A DNA stretch of 64,000 bases. It comes from Anaerolineae bacterium. GTDB lineage: Bacteria; Chloroflexota; Anaerolineae; DRVO01. Shown in pieces: positions 55,439 through 64,000 of the stretch (within the stretch, counting starts at the first letter, position 1; every line of letters begins with the position of its first letter). Position numbers and translations under genes: made by a program. The notes under the pieces are model-generated. The model worked only from the letters and a program-made list of their open reading frames with translations, was not told where the DNA came from and ran no database searches. The stretch is taken from assembly GCA_013178015.1 (NCBI GenBank), contig JABLXR010000007.1, positions 37,682 to 101,681 of the forward strand, written 5' to 3'.

Positions 55439-56950
55439 CTACAGCCAGGCTCGCCCGCGGCGCCCCATCGGCGACTGTCGGCGGTAGTGGGGATCAGTCA
55501 CGTTCACGCACTCGGTACCCCAGCAGCGTGCCAGATCCTCCACCAGGTGCGCCACGTGCCCCAACCCGAGGGCAAAATGGTGGGTGGGGCCTTCCAAGCT
55601 CCAGTTCTCGATGAACCGGCCCACGTCCGGCGGGAAGCGGCAGCGGGTGTTGGTGTTCCCGGTGGCAGGGATCGGTCCCGGTAGGGATTCCCCCTCGGCC
55701 AGGACTAGCTTGAACCGGCCGTCATAGGTCTGGGTCAGGCCCACGCAAGTCACCGGACCATGCTTGAGCTGGAACTCCACGCTGACGCCCGATCCCCGCT
55801 TCCCGTGGTACAGGCCCAGCCCCCGAAGCACCGGCCGCCCCTGAGCCAGAGCTATGTGGTGGGGACCATCGTGCCCCACCAGTACGATGTCGCTGTCGAA
55901 GTCGCAGGGGTGAAGTTCGGCGAAGCTGCCCCCCGCCCCTAGCCGATCCAGCAGCAGCATGGCCACGCACGTCTTGATGTCCAGCTCCCCCGCGATGGGC
56001 ACGCCCTGACCAATCAGGAGCGAGCTACCCACGATCAGCGCCGACGCCAACCTCTCGTTGGGGTTGCCGGCCAGCCCGCGGTAGTAGTAGGCGAGGCCGG
56101 TGAGGCGGAAGTCATCCACCAGGTGGTCCAGCCCGCAGGCCACCCGCGCCGCCCAGGCCAGGTCCTCCGGCGCCGCCAGCCCCGCGATCGGGTCCGAGCC
56201 CGGGGGCGGGAAGATGAAAGTCTCGCGGATCTGCTCCAGCTTGCGCTCCACCTCGGCTTGGCTCACCGCCTCCACCCGGGCGTGCAGGTCGTCCAGCTCC
56301 AGGTGTTCGCAGTGCATCCCGAACTGGGCATCGAACATGGTGGGGTCCGAGTTCATGTCCAGCATGCCCTCGTAGACATGGCCCATCACCCCTATGCGAG
56401 CGTTCCTCACCGCTGCGTAGGCCCTGGCCACCCGGCACCAACCCAGCACCCGGTCCCAGGCAGCCGGATCGTGCAGTGCGCCCACTACTATGCCAGGTAT
56501 CTCTATGCCGGCCCGCATCAGGGCGTTGCACACCTCCGGCAGGCTGGTCTGGTTGTCGTGCTCCAGCTGCATGAAAGTGGTGGCGCGCTGGTAGTCCATG
56601 GCCCGGCTGGGCTGCAGCGACACAAGCACCACTGGGACCGCCGCCCGCTGCACCACGGGGAGCACGGTGCTGCTGAGGGCATAGGTGCTCATGTAGCAGA
56701 GCAGGAACCCGACGCCTTCGCTCCGGAAGCGGTTCCCCACCCGGACCGCTTCCTCCGCCGTGTCCACCAGGCCGCCCGACACCACCGTCACCCCGGCCTG
56801 GCGCAGCCTCTCCTCGAAGAAGGCCTGGTGGGCCAATAGCCGCTCCTTGAGGCCCGGGAACTGGTCCCAGTAGAACCAACAGCCGCAGCCGAAGACCCCA
56901 AGTCGCAGTTCGCCTCCTCGCCCGACTTCGCTTGCCACTGCCGTCACCAA
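55439..56950 (-). CDS. L-fucose/L-arabinose isomerase-family protein
   Basis: 503-aa protein resembling FucI/AraA-like isomerases (N-terminal Rossmann-like module plus C-terminal isomerase domain). TTG or GTG start with an AGGAGGGG SD. Confidence 0.6.
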   Translation of the reverse strand: MVTAVASEVGRGGELRLGVFGCGCWFYWDQFPGLKERLLAHQAFFEERLRQAGVTVVSGGLVDTAEEAVRVGNRFRSEGVGFLLCYMSTYALSSTVLPVVQRAAVPVVLVSLQPSRAMDYQRATTFMQLEHDNQTSLPEVCNALMRAGIEIPGIVVGALHDPAAWDRVLGWCRVARAYAAVRNARIGVMGHVYEGMLDMNSDPTMFDAQFGMHCEHLELDDLHARVEAVSQAEVERKLEQIRETFIFPPPGSDPIAGLAAPEDLAWAARVACGLDHLVDDFRLTGLAYYYRGLAGNPNERLASALIVGSSLLIGQGVPIAGELDIKTCVAMLLLDRLGAGGSFAELHPCDFDSDIVLVGHDGPHHIALAQGRPVLRGLGLYHGKRGSGVSVEFQLKHGPVTCVGLTQTYDGRFKLVLAEGESLPGPIPATGNTNTRCRFPPDVGRFIENWSLEGPTHHFALGLGHVAHLVEDLARCWGTECVNVTDPHYRRQSPMGRRGRAWL

Positions 56951-57028
56951 TACCCCCTCCTGGCCCCGGTCGGGTCGCCCGCAGGGGCTCCGACCTCAGG
57001 ATCGGCGAGAGATCTCCGGCCCCCTTGT

Positions 57029-58186
57029 TCAGCCCTGGCCCCTCACCTCGCCCACCGAAACCCACGCGCCGTTGTTGGTCGCTGACCTCTGTAGGGCCTC
57101 CACCACCCTCTGCGCCTCCTGCCCCTCATTGAAGCCAGGGGAGTACCAGGACATCTCCTCGCGGGCCACATTGTTCAGGAAGTCGTAGGCGGAGGCTACG
57201 TGGAAGCGCATCCAGCCTTGAGTGCACTTGGCTCCGGGCAGGGCCCCCTTCTCCGGGTACCGCCCCAGCACCGCGACTTGCTGCCAGCCTCGCTCCCCGC
57301 CCAGGGGCTGATCGGGTGGTCGGCCGTCATAGGCATAGAGCCAGTCTGGCTCCATGAGGTTGAACCGTAGGGCGCCCCGGTCGCCGTAGAGCTCGATCCG
57401 CAACTCATCCTCGCTCCCTGTGGCGAGACGAGAGAACTCCAGCGTGCCCACGGCTCCGTTCGCCAGCTCCGCCTGGGCCAGGCTGACATCGTCAACATCC
57501 ACGTGGCTCAGGCCTGCACCATCGGGACGCGGCCGCCACGGGATGAAGGTGCGTTGGAGGCACGCCACCGAGCGGAACTCGCCCCAGAGGGCCCGCACCA
57601 GGTCCACCGCGTGCACCCCCAGGTCCATCACCGCCCCGCCCCCGCTACGCTTCCGATCCAGGCGCCATGAGTGGGGACGCTGCGGGTCCACGTACCCGGA
57701 GTGGAGATAGGCGGCCCGGAACTGCAGCGGACGCCCCAGGAAACCCTCGGCGATCATCTGACGCGCTCGGCGAATGGCAGGCACGAACCTGTACTGGAAG
57801 GTCATCTGGCACACCGACGTGGTGCCGGCGGCCGCTCCAGCCACCTCCTCCGCCTGAGCCAGATTCAGCGCCAGCGGCTTATCGCAATACACGTGTTTGC
57901 CCGCCGCCAAGGCAGCCAAGACGATCTCCCGATGAGCATCGTTGGGAGCGCAACAGCTCACCACCTGCACGTCGTCGCGCTCCAGGAGTTCCTGGTAGTC
58001 TGTAGTCACCAGCTCGAAGCCACCCTCCCTCCGCACCCGGTCCGCACTCTCCTCGGTGGCCGTGCTGACGCCCACCAGCCGCACCCGAGGAGCTCCCGGG
58101 TAGGTCCAGGGAACAGAAAGATAGGCGAGCGCGTGTATCCTGCCGATGAACCCGTATCCCACTATCCCAACACCGATCTCAGCCAT
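57029..58186 (-). CDS. Gfo/Idh/MocA-family oxidoreductase
   Basis: MAEIGVGIVGYGFIGRIHALAY…CDKP. Start at the ATG 58184-58186; the 113-codon upstream extension in the track is rejected. Confidence 0.8.
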   Translation of the reverse strand: MAEIGVGIVGYGFIGRIHALAYLSVPWTYPGAPRVRLVGVSTATEESADRVRREGGFELVTTDYQELLERDDVQVVSCCAPNDAHREIVLAALAAGKHVYCDKPLALNLAQAEEVAGAAAGTTSVCQMTFQYRFVPAIRRARQMIAEGFLGRPLQFRAAYLHSGYVDPQRPHSWRLDRKRSGGGAVMDLGVHAVDLVRALWGEFRSVACLQRTFIPWRPRPDGAGLSHVDVDDVSLAQAELANGAVGTLEFSRLATGSEDELRIELYGDRGALRFNLMEPDWLYAYDGRPPDQPLGGERGWQQVAVLGRYPEKGALPGAKCTQGWMRFHVASAYDFLNNVAREEMSWYSPGFNEGQEAQRVVEALQRSATNNGAWVSVGEVRGQG

Positions 58187-58829
58187 AGCGTGAGCCTGCA
58201 CCTCCGCCTTGCGCCCAGCGCGATTCCCAGCTACCGGTAACCTATCCTTCCGCATCCCGTCTGTCCAGCCGCAACAACGTGGCGAAAGCACGCTTCTCGC
58301 AGCGCCATCCGTCTCGCCCATCTGCCCATTGGAGGCACAATGGCGCCCAGTTTCCCGCCTGTTGGCATTGATGGCGGGTGCCATCTTGACTATCATGTAG
58401 ACTGTGCCTTCGTGCCGGGAGCGCTGTGCCCGATGGCTGCCACCGCTTGGAGGGTAGGCGATGGTGACCGTCGCTGGCACAGCACCTGTCGGCGCTCGGC
58501 ACACTCTGCCTCGTGACCCGCCCATGGGTGCCTCTGACAGGCACTCGCCTTGGGTCTACGCGTCTGCTCTTTGGCTTCGGCCACGGCAGGCGCGCCCCGG
58601 ACTGCCGCCTGTTCTAGCCGGCGGGCCTGTTGCTCCCACCGTGGGGCACGGCATCCGCCACGTGACCCGCTGAGTACGGACGTCGTCGCTGCCCGCCCGG
58701 GGCGCCGCCGGTGGCGTCTGCGACGCATCGCCAAGGCGCCATGGTTGTCGCTCCTCTGGCTGGGCTACCGCCCGCGGCATCGAATCCTCGACTGCCGCCC
58801 AGTCCACTGTTCTCGCGTGGGAGGTGCTC

Positions 58830-59777
58830 ATGGATCGTGACATCTGCTCCGCATGCGGCAAGCCTCTGATGGGAACACCCCCCGAGGCAGGTGGGCCCCG
58901 ATACTGCGCTGATTGTCAGGCGCGGGTGGATCGCGACCGCGGAGGGCTGTGGTGGGCCAGCCTGGTCGGCGTAGTGGCCACCGCGGTCTTCGTGGCGGTG
59001 GTGGCCCTCCTGGCCCGCTCGGCACAGCCAAGCCTGCAGGGATCGGCGCTGCTCGTCGTCAGCGTGCTGCTCGCGCTGGTTCCGGCGCTGATCTGGATGG
59101 CCGTCTTCTACCTGCAGGACGTCCGCGAGCCCGAGCCCAAACGTATGGTGCTAGGCGTGTTCGTCCTGGCAGCGCTACTGGCACGGGCTGTGGGCATTCC
59201 TCTGGTTGAGGGCGTGTTCCAGGTCCGCAGTTGGCTGACAGCCGGAGTCCTCTACCACATCCTCGGTGCCATCCTGATCATCGGCTTCACCGAGCAGTTC
59301 CTCATCTATGCCGCGGTCCGCTATAGCGTCTACCCCACGTCGGAGTTCGATGAGCGGGTGGATGGCATCATCTACGGGACCGCTGCCGGCCTGGGCTATG
59401 CCAGCCTGGTGAACGTCCAGTTCGTGGTCCAGAGCGGCGGACTGGACCTGACGTCCGGAGCCATTCGCGTGGCCGTGACGGCCCTTGCCCTGGCCAGCTT
59501 CGGCGGCCTCAGCGGCTACTTCCTCGGGCGCTGCAAGTTCGACGATGAGCCGATCTGGTGGATGCCGGCCGGCCTTGCCCTGGCAGCCACCCTCAACGGC
59601 CTCTTCGTCTACTTCCTCGGCGAGGTTAGCACCACGGGCATCACCCTGCAGGGAGGCACCCACAATCCCTGGCCCGGGCTCATCCTGGGCACGGTGGTGG
59701 CGGCTCTCACCTTCGCCGTCCTCTTCTACCTCATCCGGCGCCTCGCTCGCCGGGCCCCGCAAGCCGTAGGGGCATAG
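58830..59777 (+). CDS. Polytopic membrane protein with an N-terminal zinc-ribbon (possible PrsW/CPBP-like intramembrane protease)
   Basis: CSACGKPL…CADCQ zinc ribbon followed by about 8 TM helices. ATG at 58830 with a GGGAGG SD. The protease assignment is tentative. Confidence 0.5.
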   Translation: MDRDICSACGKPLMGTPPEAGGPRYCADCQARVDRDRGGLWWASLVGVVATAVFVAVVALLARSAQPSLQGSALLVVSVLLALVPALIWMAVFYLQDVREPEPKRMVLGVFVLAALLARAVGIPLVEGVFQVRSWLTAGVLYHILGAILIIGFTEQFLIYAAVRYSVYPTSEFDERVDGIIYGTAAGLGYASLVNVQFVVQSGGLDLTSGAIRVAVTALALASFGGLSGYFLGRCKFDDEPIWWMPAGLALAATLNGLFVYFLGEVSTTGITLQGGTHNPWPGLILGTVVAALTFAVLFYLIRRLARRAPQAVGA

Positions 59778-59788
59778 GAGGCACACAT

Positions 59789-60376
59789 ATGGACACCGAA
59801 GCGACTGCCCTCGCCGTCAGGCGCGATCGTTGGGCCTCCTGGGCCGTGGTTGGCCTTGTCATCGTGGCTCTGCTGCTGGGCTGGGCTGTGAAGGCCGTGG
59901 CCGAGGGCCGCACGTGGGTACACGAGGTTGACGGGCTGCGCATACCCTATCCGGCCGGCTGGATAAGAGCGACTGCCGATCCGCCGGTGCTCCTGCAAGT
60001 GGAGAAGCTTGACAGCCCCGCTCGCACTACCCTGACTCTGCAGCGCCGCCCTGTCACTGCCGACGCGGCCAGCCCCCTGAACGCCGTTCACCAGGCCCTG
60101 ACGCTGGAGCGAGGCCGAACCTGGACCGCGTACCGCGTCCTCGAGGTCGAGCCTTCCGCTGCAGTCGCCGGGCGGGAGGCGCTGCGCGTGACCTTCGCTT
60201 ACGTGGAGACCAACGCCAACCCGTTCCTGAAGGCGGCTCCGGTGGTAATGCTGGGGGAGGAGTACCTCTTCGTTGTCGGCCAGAACGTCCAGGTGGTGAC
60301 ACTGACCGCGGCCGAGGCCAACTTCGACCGGGCCCTCAAGGATCTCCACGCGTTCCTGCGCTCGTCGCCGAAGTGA
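59789..60376 (+). CDS. Hypothetical membrane-anchored protein
   Basis: Single N-terminal TM segment. AGGAGG SD 8 nt upstream of the ATG. Confidence 0.55.
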   Translation: MDTEATALAVRRDRWASWAVVGLVIVALLLGWAVKAVAEGRTWVHEVDGLRIPYPAGWIRATADPPVLLQVEKLDSPARTTLTLQRRPVTADAASPLNAVHQALTLERGRTWTAYRVLEVEPSAAVAGREALRVTFAYVETNANPFLKAAPVVMLGEEYLFVVGQNVQVVTLTAAEANFDRALKDLHAFLRSSPK

Positions 60377-60450
60377 GCATTTGCTGACAGCGCTCTGCCC
60401 GTGGGAGCACCGGTGCAGCCAAGCGCTTCCCGACACGAAGGGAGGAAGCC

Positions 60451-62745
60451 ATGAGCATGAGAGCGAAGCATCTTCCGCTGGTAGCACTGGCCCTGATGGT
60501 GCTATTGGCTTGGTTCGGCTCCGATATGGCCGCGGCGCAGGGTCCCCGCCAACACGATGCCAACTTGCCGACTGTAGTTCAGCTTACCGCGGTAGACGAG
60601 GGCCGCGGCGGCCGGCTCACCGCCAAGTGGACGGGAACCGGTACCCTGATCTCCGCGGACGGCCTGATACTCACCAACTGCCAGGTCGCCATCCCACGCG
60701 TCATCTGGGACGATCGTCTGTTCGACTACGACCTGCTGGTCGTCTCCCTGGTGGTGCAGCCGGGTCAACCCCCGCAGCCGACCTACGTGGCCGAGGTGGT
60801 GCAGTACGACGCTGCCCTCGACTTGGCGGTGGCGCGCATCACTCAGAGGCTCGATGGCAGCCCGGTGACACCACGGTCGCTCGGCCTACCCTTTGCCTCC
60901 GTAGGCGACTCCGATGCCCTGCAGGCTGGCGATTCGCTCCAGGTCCTGGGCTACCCAGGCTTAGGCGCTGATATGGCTTCCCTTGAGGCCCAGGTGACCC
61001 GGTTTGCCAGTGGACGCGGCGTTGCCGGCCGCGCCTGGATCGGTACAGATGCCGATCTGGGAGGTGGCATCAGCGGCGCCCCCGCCTTCGATGCACAGGG
61101 ATCAGTCGTGGGGGTGGTGGCCGTCGGCGCTGCCGGATCTGCAGACGACGTGCTCCACTGCCGCTACATGGACGACACCAACGGCGACGGCCTGGTGGAC
61201 CAGAACGACCAGTGCACCAACACCGGTGGCTCCACTAACGCCATCCGGCCTATCAACCTGGCCGCGACCATCATTCAGGCGGCCAGCCTTGGCGTGGAGC
61301 CCCAGCCAACCTCGCTACCCTTTCCCACGGCCATTCCGCAGCCTACCGTCACCCCAGAACCGGAGGCCACCGTCACGCCCGGACCTAGGCCCACACCACG
61401 GCCCGTTGGTCCCCGAATCACCCGCGCCATCTTCGCCCCGGCGATCAACGAGTACGACCAACCCGTCACCGTGGTGCAGTCCTTCCCCAGCGGCACCGAG
61501 GACATCTTCCTTGTCTTCGATTTCGCTGGGTTCGTGGATGGCCCCGTCTTCCAGCCCATGCTGGATTACGAGGGTACGCTCTATGACAACATATGGTCCC
61601 CATACAGCTGGGGCTGGGGCCCAACGGGCACATCCTGGCTTAGCATCCATGCCGAACCCCTTGCTGATGGCCTCTACCAGTTCATCCTGTACTTCGACAA
61701 CCAGGAGGTGGGGACCGCTTCTGTCAGAGTGGGGGGTCCGGCCGATACCGGACCGTCGCTGGCCAACATAACTTTCACCGCCGGAGGCGCGAAGGGTTAC
61801 CTGCTCCCCGCCGGCGCCGACCGGGTTGATGTCACCTTCGACTACCGTAACATGACGCCGAGCGACAGCTGGTCCTACGTGTGGTATCTCGACGGTGAAG
61901 AGATCGACAGCGGCCAGGGCGGGACCCTGCCCGGCACTTCGGGTACTGCCGACTTCGCCCTGACGGCGCGAGGAGGCCTGGAGGAAGGTGTCTTCAGGCT
62001 GGACCTCTATGTCGGAGACCGCCTATCGGCCACCTCTGACTTCCTGGCCACCAGCCAGGCAGAGCAGGACTTCTTCGGTCCCATCACCTTCGCCGAAGGT
62101 GTGGACCGCAACGACCAGCCAGTGAACCCGGGAACCGTGTTCCGGTACGGCCTCAAGGAATTGTATGCCTTCTTCGACTACCGAGGCATGCAAGATGGTT
62201 GGGAGTGGTCCCGTCAGTGGTACATAGATGGCCGGTCCGTGACCTCGATGGCCGACACCTGGGCCTTCGGCGAAAGCGGCGAGGACTTCTGGGTTGCCAT
62301 CAACAGCAGCAGGGACCCGCTGCCTCAAGGGGAGTACCTGCTGGAGCTCTATGTGCGAGGCGAGTTGGTGCAGCAGGCAACCTGCACCATCGGCGGCGGC
62401 CCAGCGCCTACGCCCACTCCCTTGCCGCCCAGAGCCGGCGTAGAGATGTACGGCACGATCTACGACGCCGCTACCGGGCGCGGCATCAAGGGAGCCTTTT
62501 TCCTGGTCCTTCAGCCTGGCATCACCACCGCCACGTTCACCTGGGACGAGAATCAGGTCTACACCTGGGCCGAGACGGACCAATGGGGCTACTACGAACT
62601 GGCCTTGCCCCTTGTGCGCGGCGAGACCTACAGCATGATCGTGGGGGCCGAAGGTTATGTCCTCATCGCCGAGGATGGCATCTACATCGGCCAGGACGCC
62701 GAGCCGTCGTACCAGATTGACATCGCCTTGACTCGCATAAGGTAG
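60451..62745 (+). CDS. Secreted trypsin-like (S1) serine protease homolog with Gln at the catalytic His position, followed by three repeated C-terminal domains
   Basis: Signal peptide present. The expected catalytic triad positions read LTNCQV (His replaced by Gln, CAG at 60682-60684), DLAV (Asp) and GISGAP (Ser). An internal roughly 100-aa repeat occurs three times. Confidence 0.8.
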   Translation: MSMRAKHLPLVALALMVLLAWFGSDMAAAQGPRQHDANLPTVVQLTAVDEGRGGRLTAKWTGTGTLISADGLILTNCQVAIPRVIWDDRLFDYDLLVVSLVVQPGQPPQPTYVAEVVQYDAALDLAVARITQRLDGSPVTPRSLGLPFASVGDSDALQAGDSLQVLGYPGLGADMASLEAQVTRFASGRGVAGRAWIGTDADLGGGISGAPAFDAQGSVVGVVAVGAAGSADDVLHCRYMDDTNGDGLVDQNDQCTNTGGSTNAIRPINLAATIIQAASLGVEPQPTSLPFPTAIPQPTVTPEPEATVTPGPRPTPRPVGPRITRAIFAPAINEYDQPVTVVQSFPSGTEDIFLVFDFAGFVDGPVFQPMLDYEGTLYDNIWSPYSWGWGPTGTSWLSIHAEPLADGLYQFILYFDNQEVGTASVRVGGPADTGPSLANITFTAGGAKGYLLPAGADRVDVTFDYRNMTPSDSWSYVWYLDGEEIDSGQGGTLPGTSGTADFALTARGGLEEGVFRLDLYVGDRLSATSDFLATSQAEQDFFGPITFAEGVDRNDQPVNPGTVFRYGLKELYAFFDYRGMQDGWEWSRQWYIDGRSVTSMADTWAFGESGEDFWVAINSSRDPLPQGEYLLELYVRGELVQQATCTIGGGPAPTPTPLPPRAGVEMYGTIYDAATGRGIKGAFFLVLQPGITTATFTWDENQVYTWAETDQWGYYELALPLVRGETYSMIVGAEGYVLIAEDGIYIGQDAEPSYQIDIALTRIR

Positions 62746-62819
62746 ACGCTGGTGGGCAGGGGCGCCAGGGCGTGGCCAGCGCCCCTGCCCACCGCGATGG
62801 GTATGGACGCGGAGGGAGA

Positions 62820-64000
62820 ATGGGACTGAGGCGCAGTCTACCGATCGTGGCCCTCGCCGTTGTCATGGTCTCGCTGCTGATCTCGCCGGCCGCCAAGGCC
62901 CTGGACCGCCCCACTACCCAGAGGGTGATGAGCGCCGTGGTGCAGTTCATCGCCGTGGACGAGGGCAGGCGAGGCGTCCTGATCCCCAAGTGGACGGGCT
63001 CGGGCACCATCGTTTCCCCCGACGGATTGGTGCTCACCAACTGCCACGTGGCCAATCCCGTATCCATGTACGGCGGGGCTGAGTTCGAGTACGACCTGCT
63101 CATCGTGGCCATCACCATACGCTCAGACGAGCCACCGCGGCCCACGTACATAGCCGAGGTGGTGCAATACAGCCCTGACTTGGACCTGGCCGTGGTGAGG
63201 CTCGCGAGAAGCATCGACGGATCGGCCATAGATCCCGGCAGCCTCAACCTGCCCTACGTGCCCCTTGGGGACTCGGATCAACTCGAGATAGGCGACACCG
63301 TGTCCATCTTCGGGTATCCCGGGATAGGCGGCGAGACCATCACTTTCACCAGCGGCAACGTCAGCGGCTTCTCTAGCGCCCGGGGCATCCAGGGGCGCGC
63401 CTGGATCAAGACCGACGCCACCGTAGCCGGGGGAAACAGCGGCGGCACTGCGGTGGACGACCAGGGCTTCCTGGTCGGTGTGCCCACCAAGTTCGGCTCC
63501 GGCGATGACCTACGGCTGGACTGCCGTCCCTACGCCGACACCAACAACGACGGCAGGATAGACGAGAACGATGCCTGCATACCCATGGGTGGTTTCATCA
63601 ATGCCCTGCGTCCAATCAACCTGGCCCTTCCGCTCATTGACGCCGCCCAACGAGGACTGCACATGCAGCCCTCCCCTACCTCCGAGCCCTCCAGGCAACC
63701 CGCCAGCGGCAAGGCCTCAGTCAGTCGTCTCATCTTTGCCCCGGCAGTCAACCAGTACGACCAGCCGATTACGGTATCGCGGTCCTTCCCCAGCGGCGTG
63801 GAAGACATATACATGCTGTTCGACTACAGCGGCTTCGATGACGGTGCCGCCTGGCAACCGGTGCTGGTGTACGAGGGCGAGACCTACGACGACGTCTGGG
63901 CCCCCGCCTCTTGGGCCGGCGGCGCAAGCGGCACCTCATGGATCAGCATCCACAATGAGCCCCTGGCGGATGGCACCTATGAGTTCCTGATCAACTACGA
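62820..64000 (+). CDS. Secreted trypsin-like (S1) serine protease, paralog with an intact catalytic His; the CDS is cut off by the window end
   Basis: Not in the ORF track because there is no stop codon before the window end. Signal peptide present. Triad residues LTNCHV (His), DLAV (Asp), GNSGGT (Ser). Same downstream repeat domain (FAPAVNQYDQPITVSRSFPSG…). Confidence 0.75.
   Translation, partial: MGLRRSLPIVALAVVMVSLLISPAAKALDRPTTQRVMSAVVQFIAVDEGRRGVLIPKWTGSGTIVSPDGLVLTNCHVANPVSMYGGAEFEYDLLIVAITIRSDEPPRPTYIAEVVQYSPDLDLAVVRLARSIDGSAIDPGSLNLPYVPLGDSDQLEIGDTVSIFGYPGIGGETITFTSGNVSGFSSARGIQGRAWIKTDATVAGGNSGGTAVDDQGFLVGVPTKFGSGDDLRLDCRPYADTNNDGRIDENDACIPMGGFINALRPINLALPLIDAAQRGLHMQPSPTSEPSRQPASGKASVSRLIFAPAVNQYDQPITVSRSFPSGVEDIYMLFDYSGFDDGAAWQPVLVYEGETYDDVWAPASWAGGASGTSWISIHNEPLADGTYEFLINY

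Noticed and set aside
57029-58525. 113-codon upstream extension of the Gfo/Idh/MocA ORF
   Set aside because: Low-complexity, no SD. The internal ATG at 58186 gives the family-typical MxxIGVGIVGYG N-terminus.

Overview
This 64-kb window reads as a high-GC (roughly 65-70% by eye) bacterial chromosomal segment. Likely ribosome-binding sites are strong GGAGG-type motifs, GTG and TTG starts are frequent, and several lipoproteins carry twin-arginine signal peptides. I recognised no rRNA, tRNA, CRISPR array, transposase or integrase. Almost the whole window is a chain of carbohydrate-utilisation loci built around four CUT1-type sugar ABC importers. Each importer has a solute-binding lipoprotein, a MalF-like permease and a MalG-like permease, and none has an ATPase gene in the window. 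Genes from 719 to 33631 are on the minus strand apart from two regulator genes, and genes from 33930 to 55374 are on the plus strand. Two paralogous regulatory cassettes (12913-16255 and 26637-29940) each pair a hybrid histidine kinase with an unusual regulator whose domains run HTH, kinase-like, receiver; their 3' ends converge and overlap. The most unusual region is 33.9-50.6 kb. It holds four DegT/DnrJ/EryC1/StrS-family PLP aminotransferases interleaved with three Gfo/Idh/MocA dehydrogenases, a ROK regulator, a sugar ABC importer, an AAC(3)-family N-acetyltransferase with a cysteine-rich tail, and a xylose-isomerase-like TIM-barrel protein. This composition suggests an undescribed amino-sugar or aminocyclitol (inosamine or rhizopine-like, or aminoglycoside-derived) catabolic system. 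Intergenic gaps in that island hold a family of long purine-rich imperfect palindromes. Other features include a 7+7 heptad-repeat palindrome at 18214-18329 and a textbook sigma70 promoter upstream of the ROK gene. The window also has a LarA-family racemase homolog with no larBCE genes nearby, and two tandem secreted trypsin-like proteases, the first of which has Gln in place of the catalytic His. All functional calls come from reading motifs in the translated ORFs; no database search was possible.
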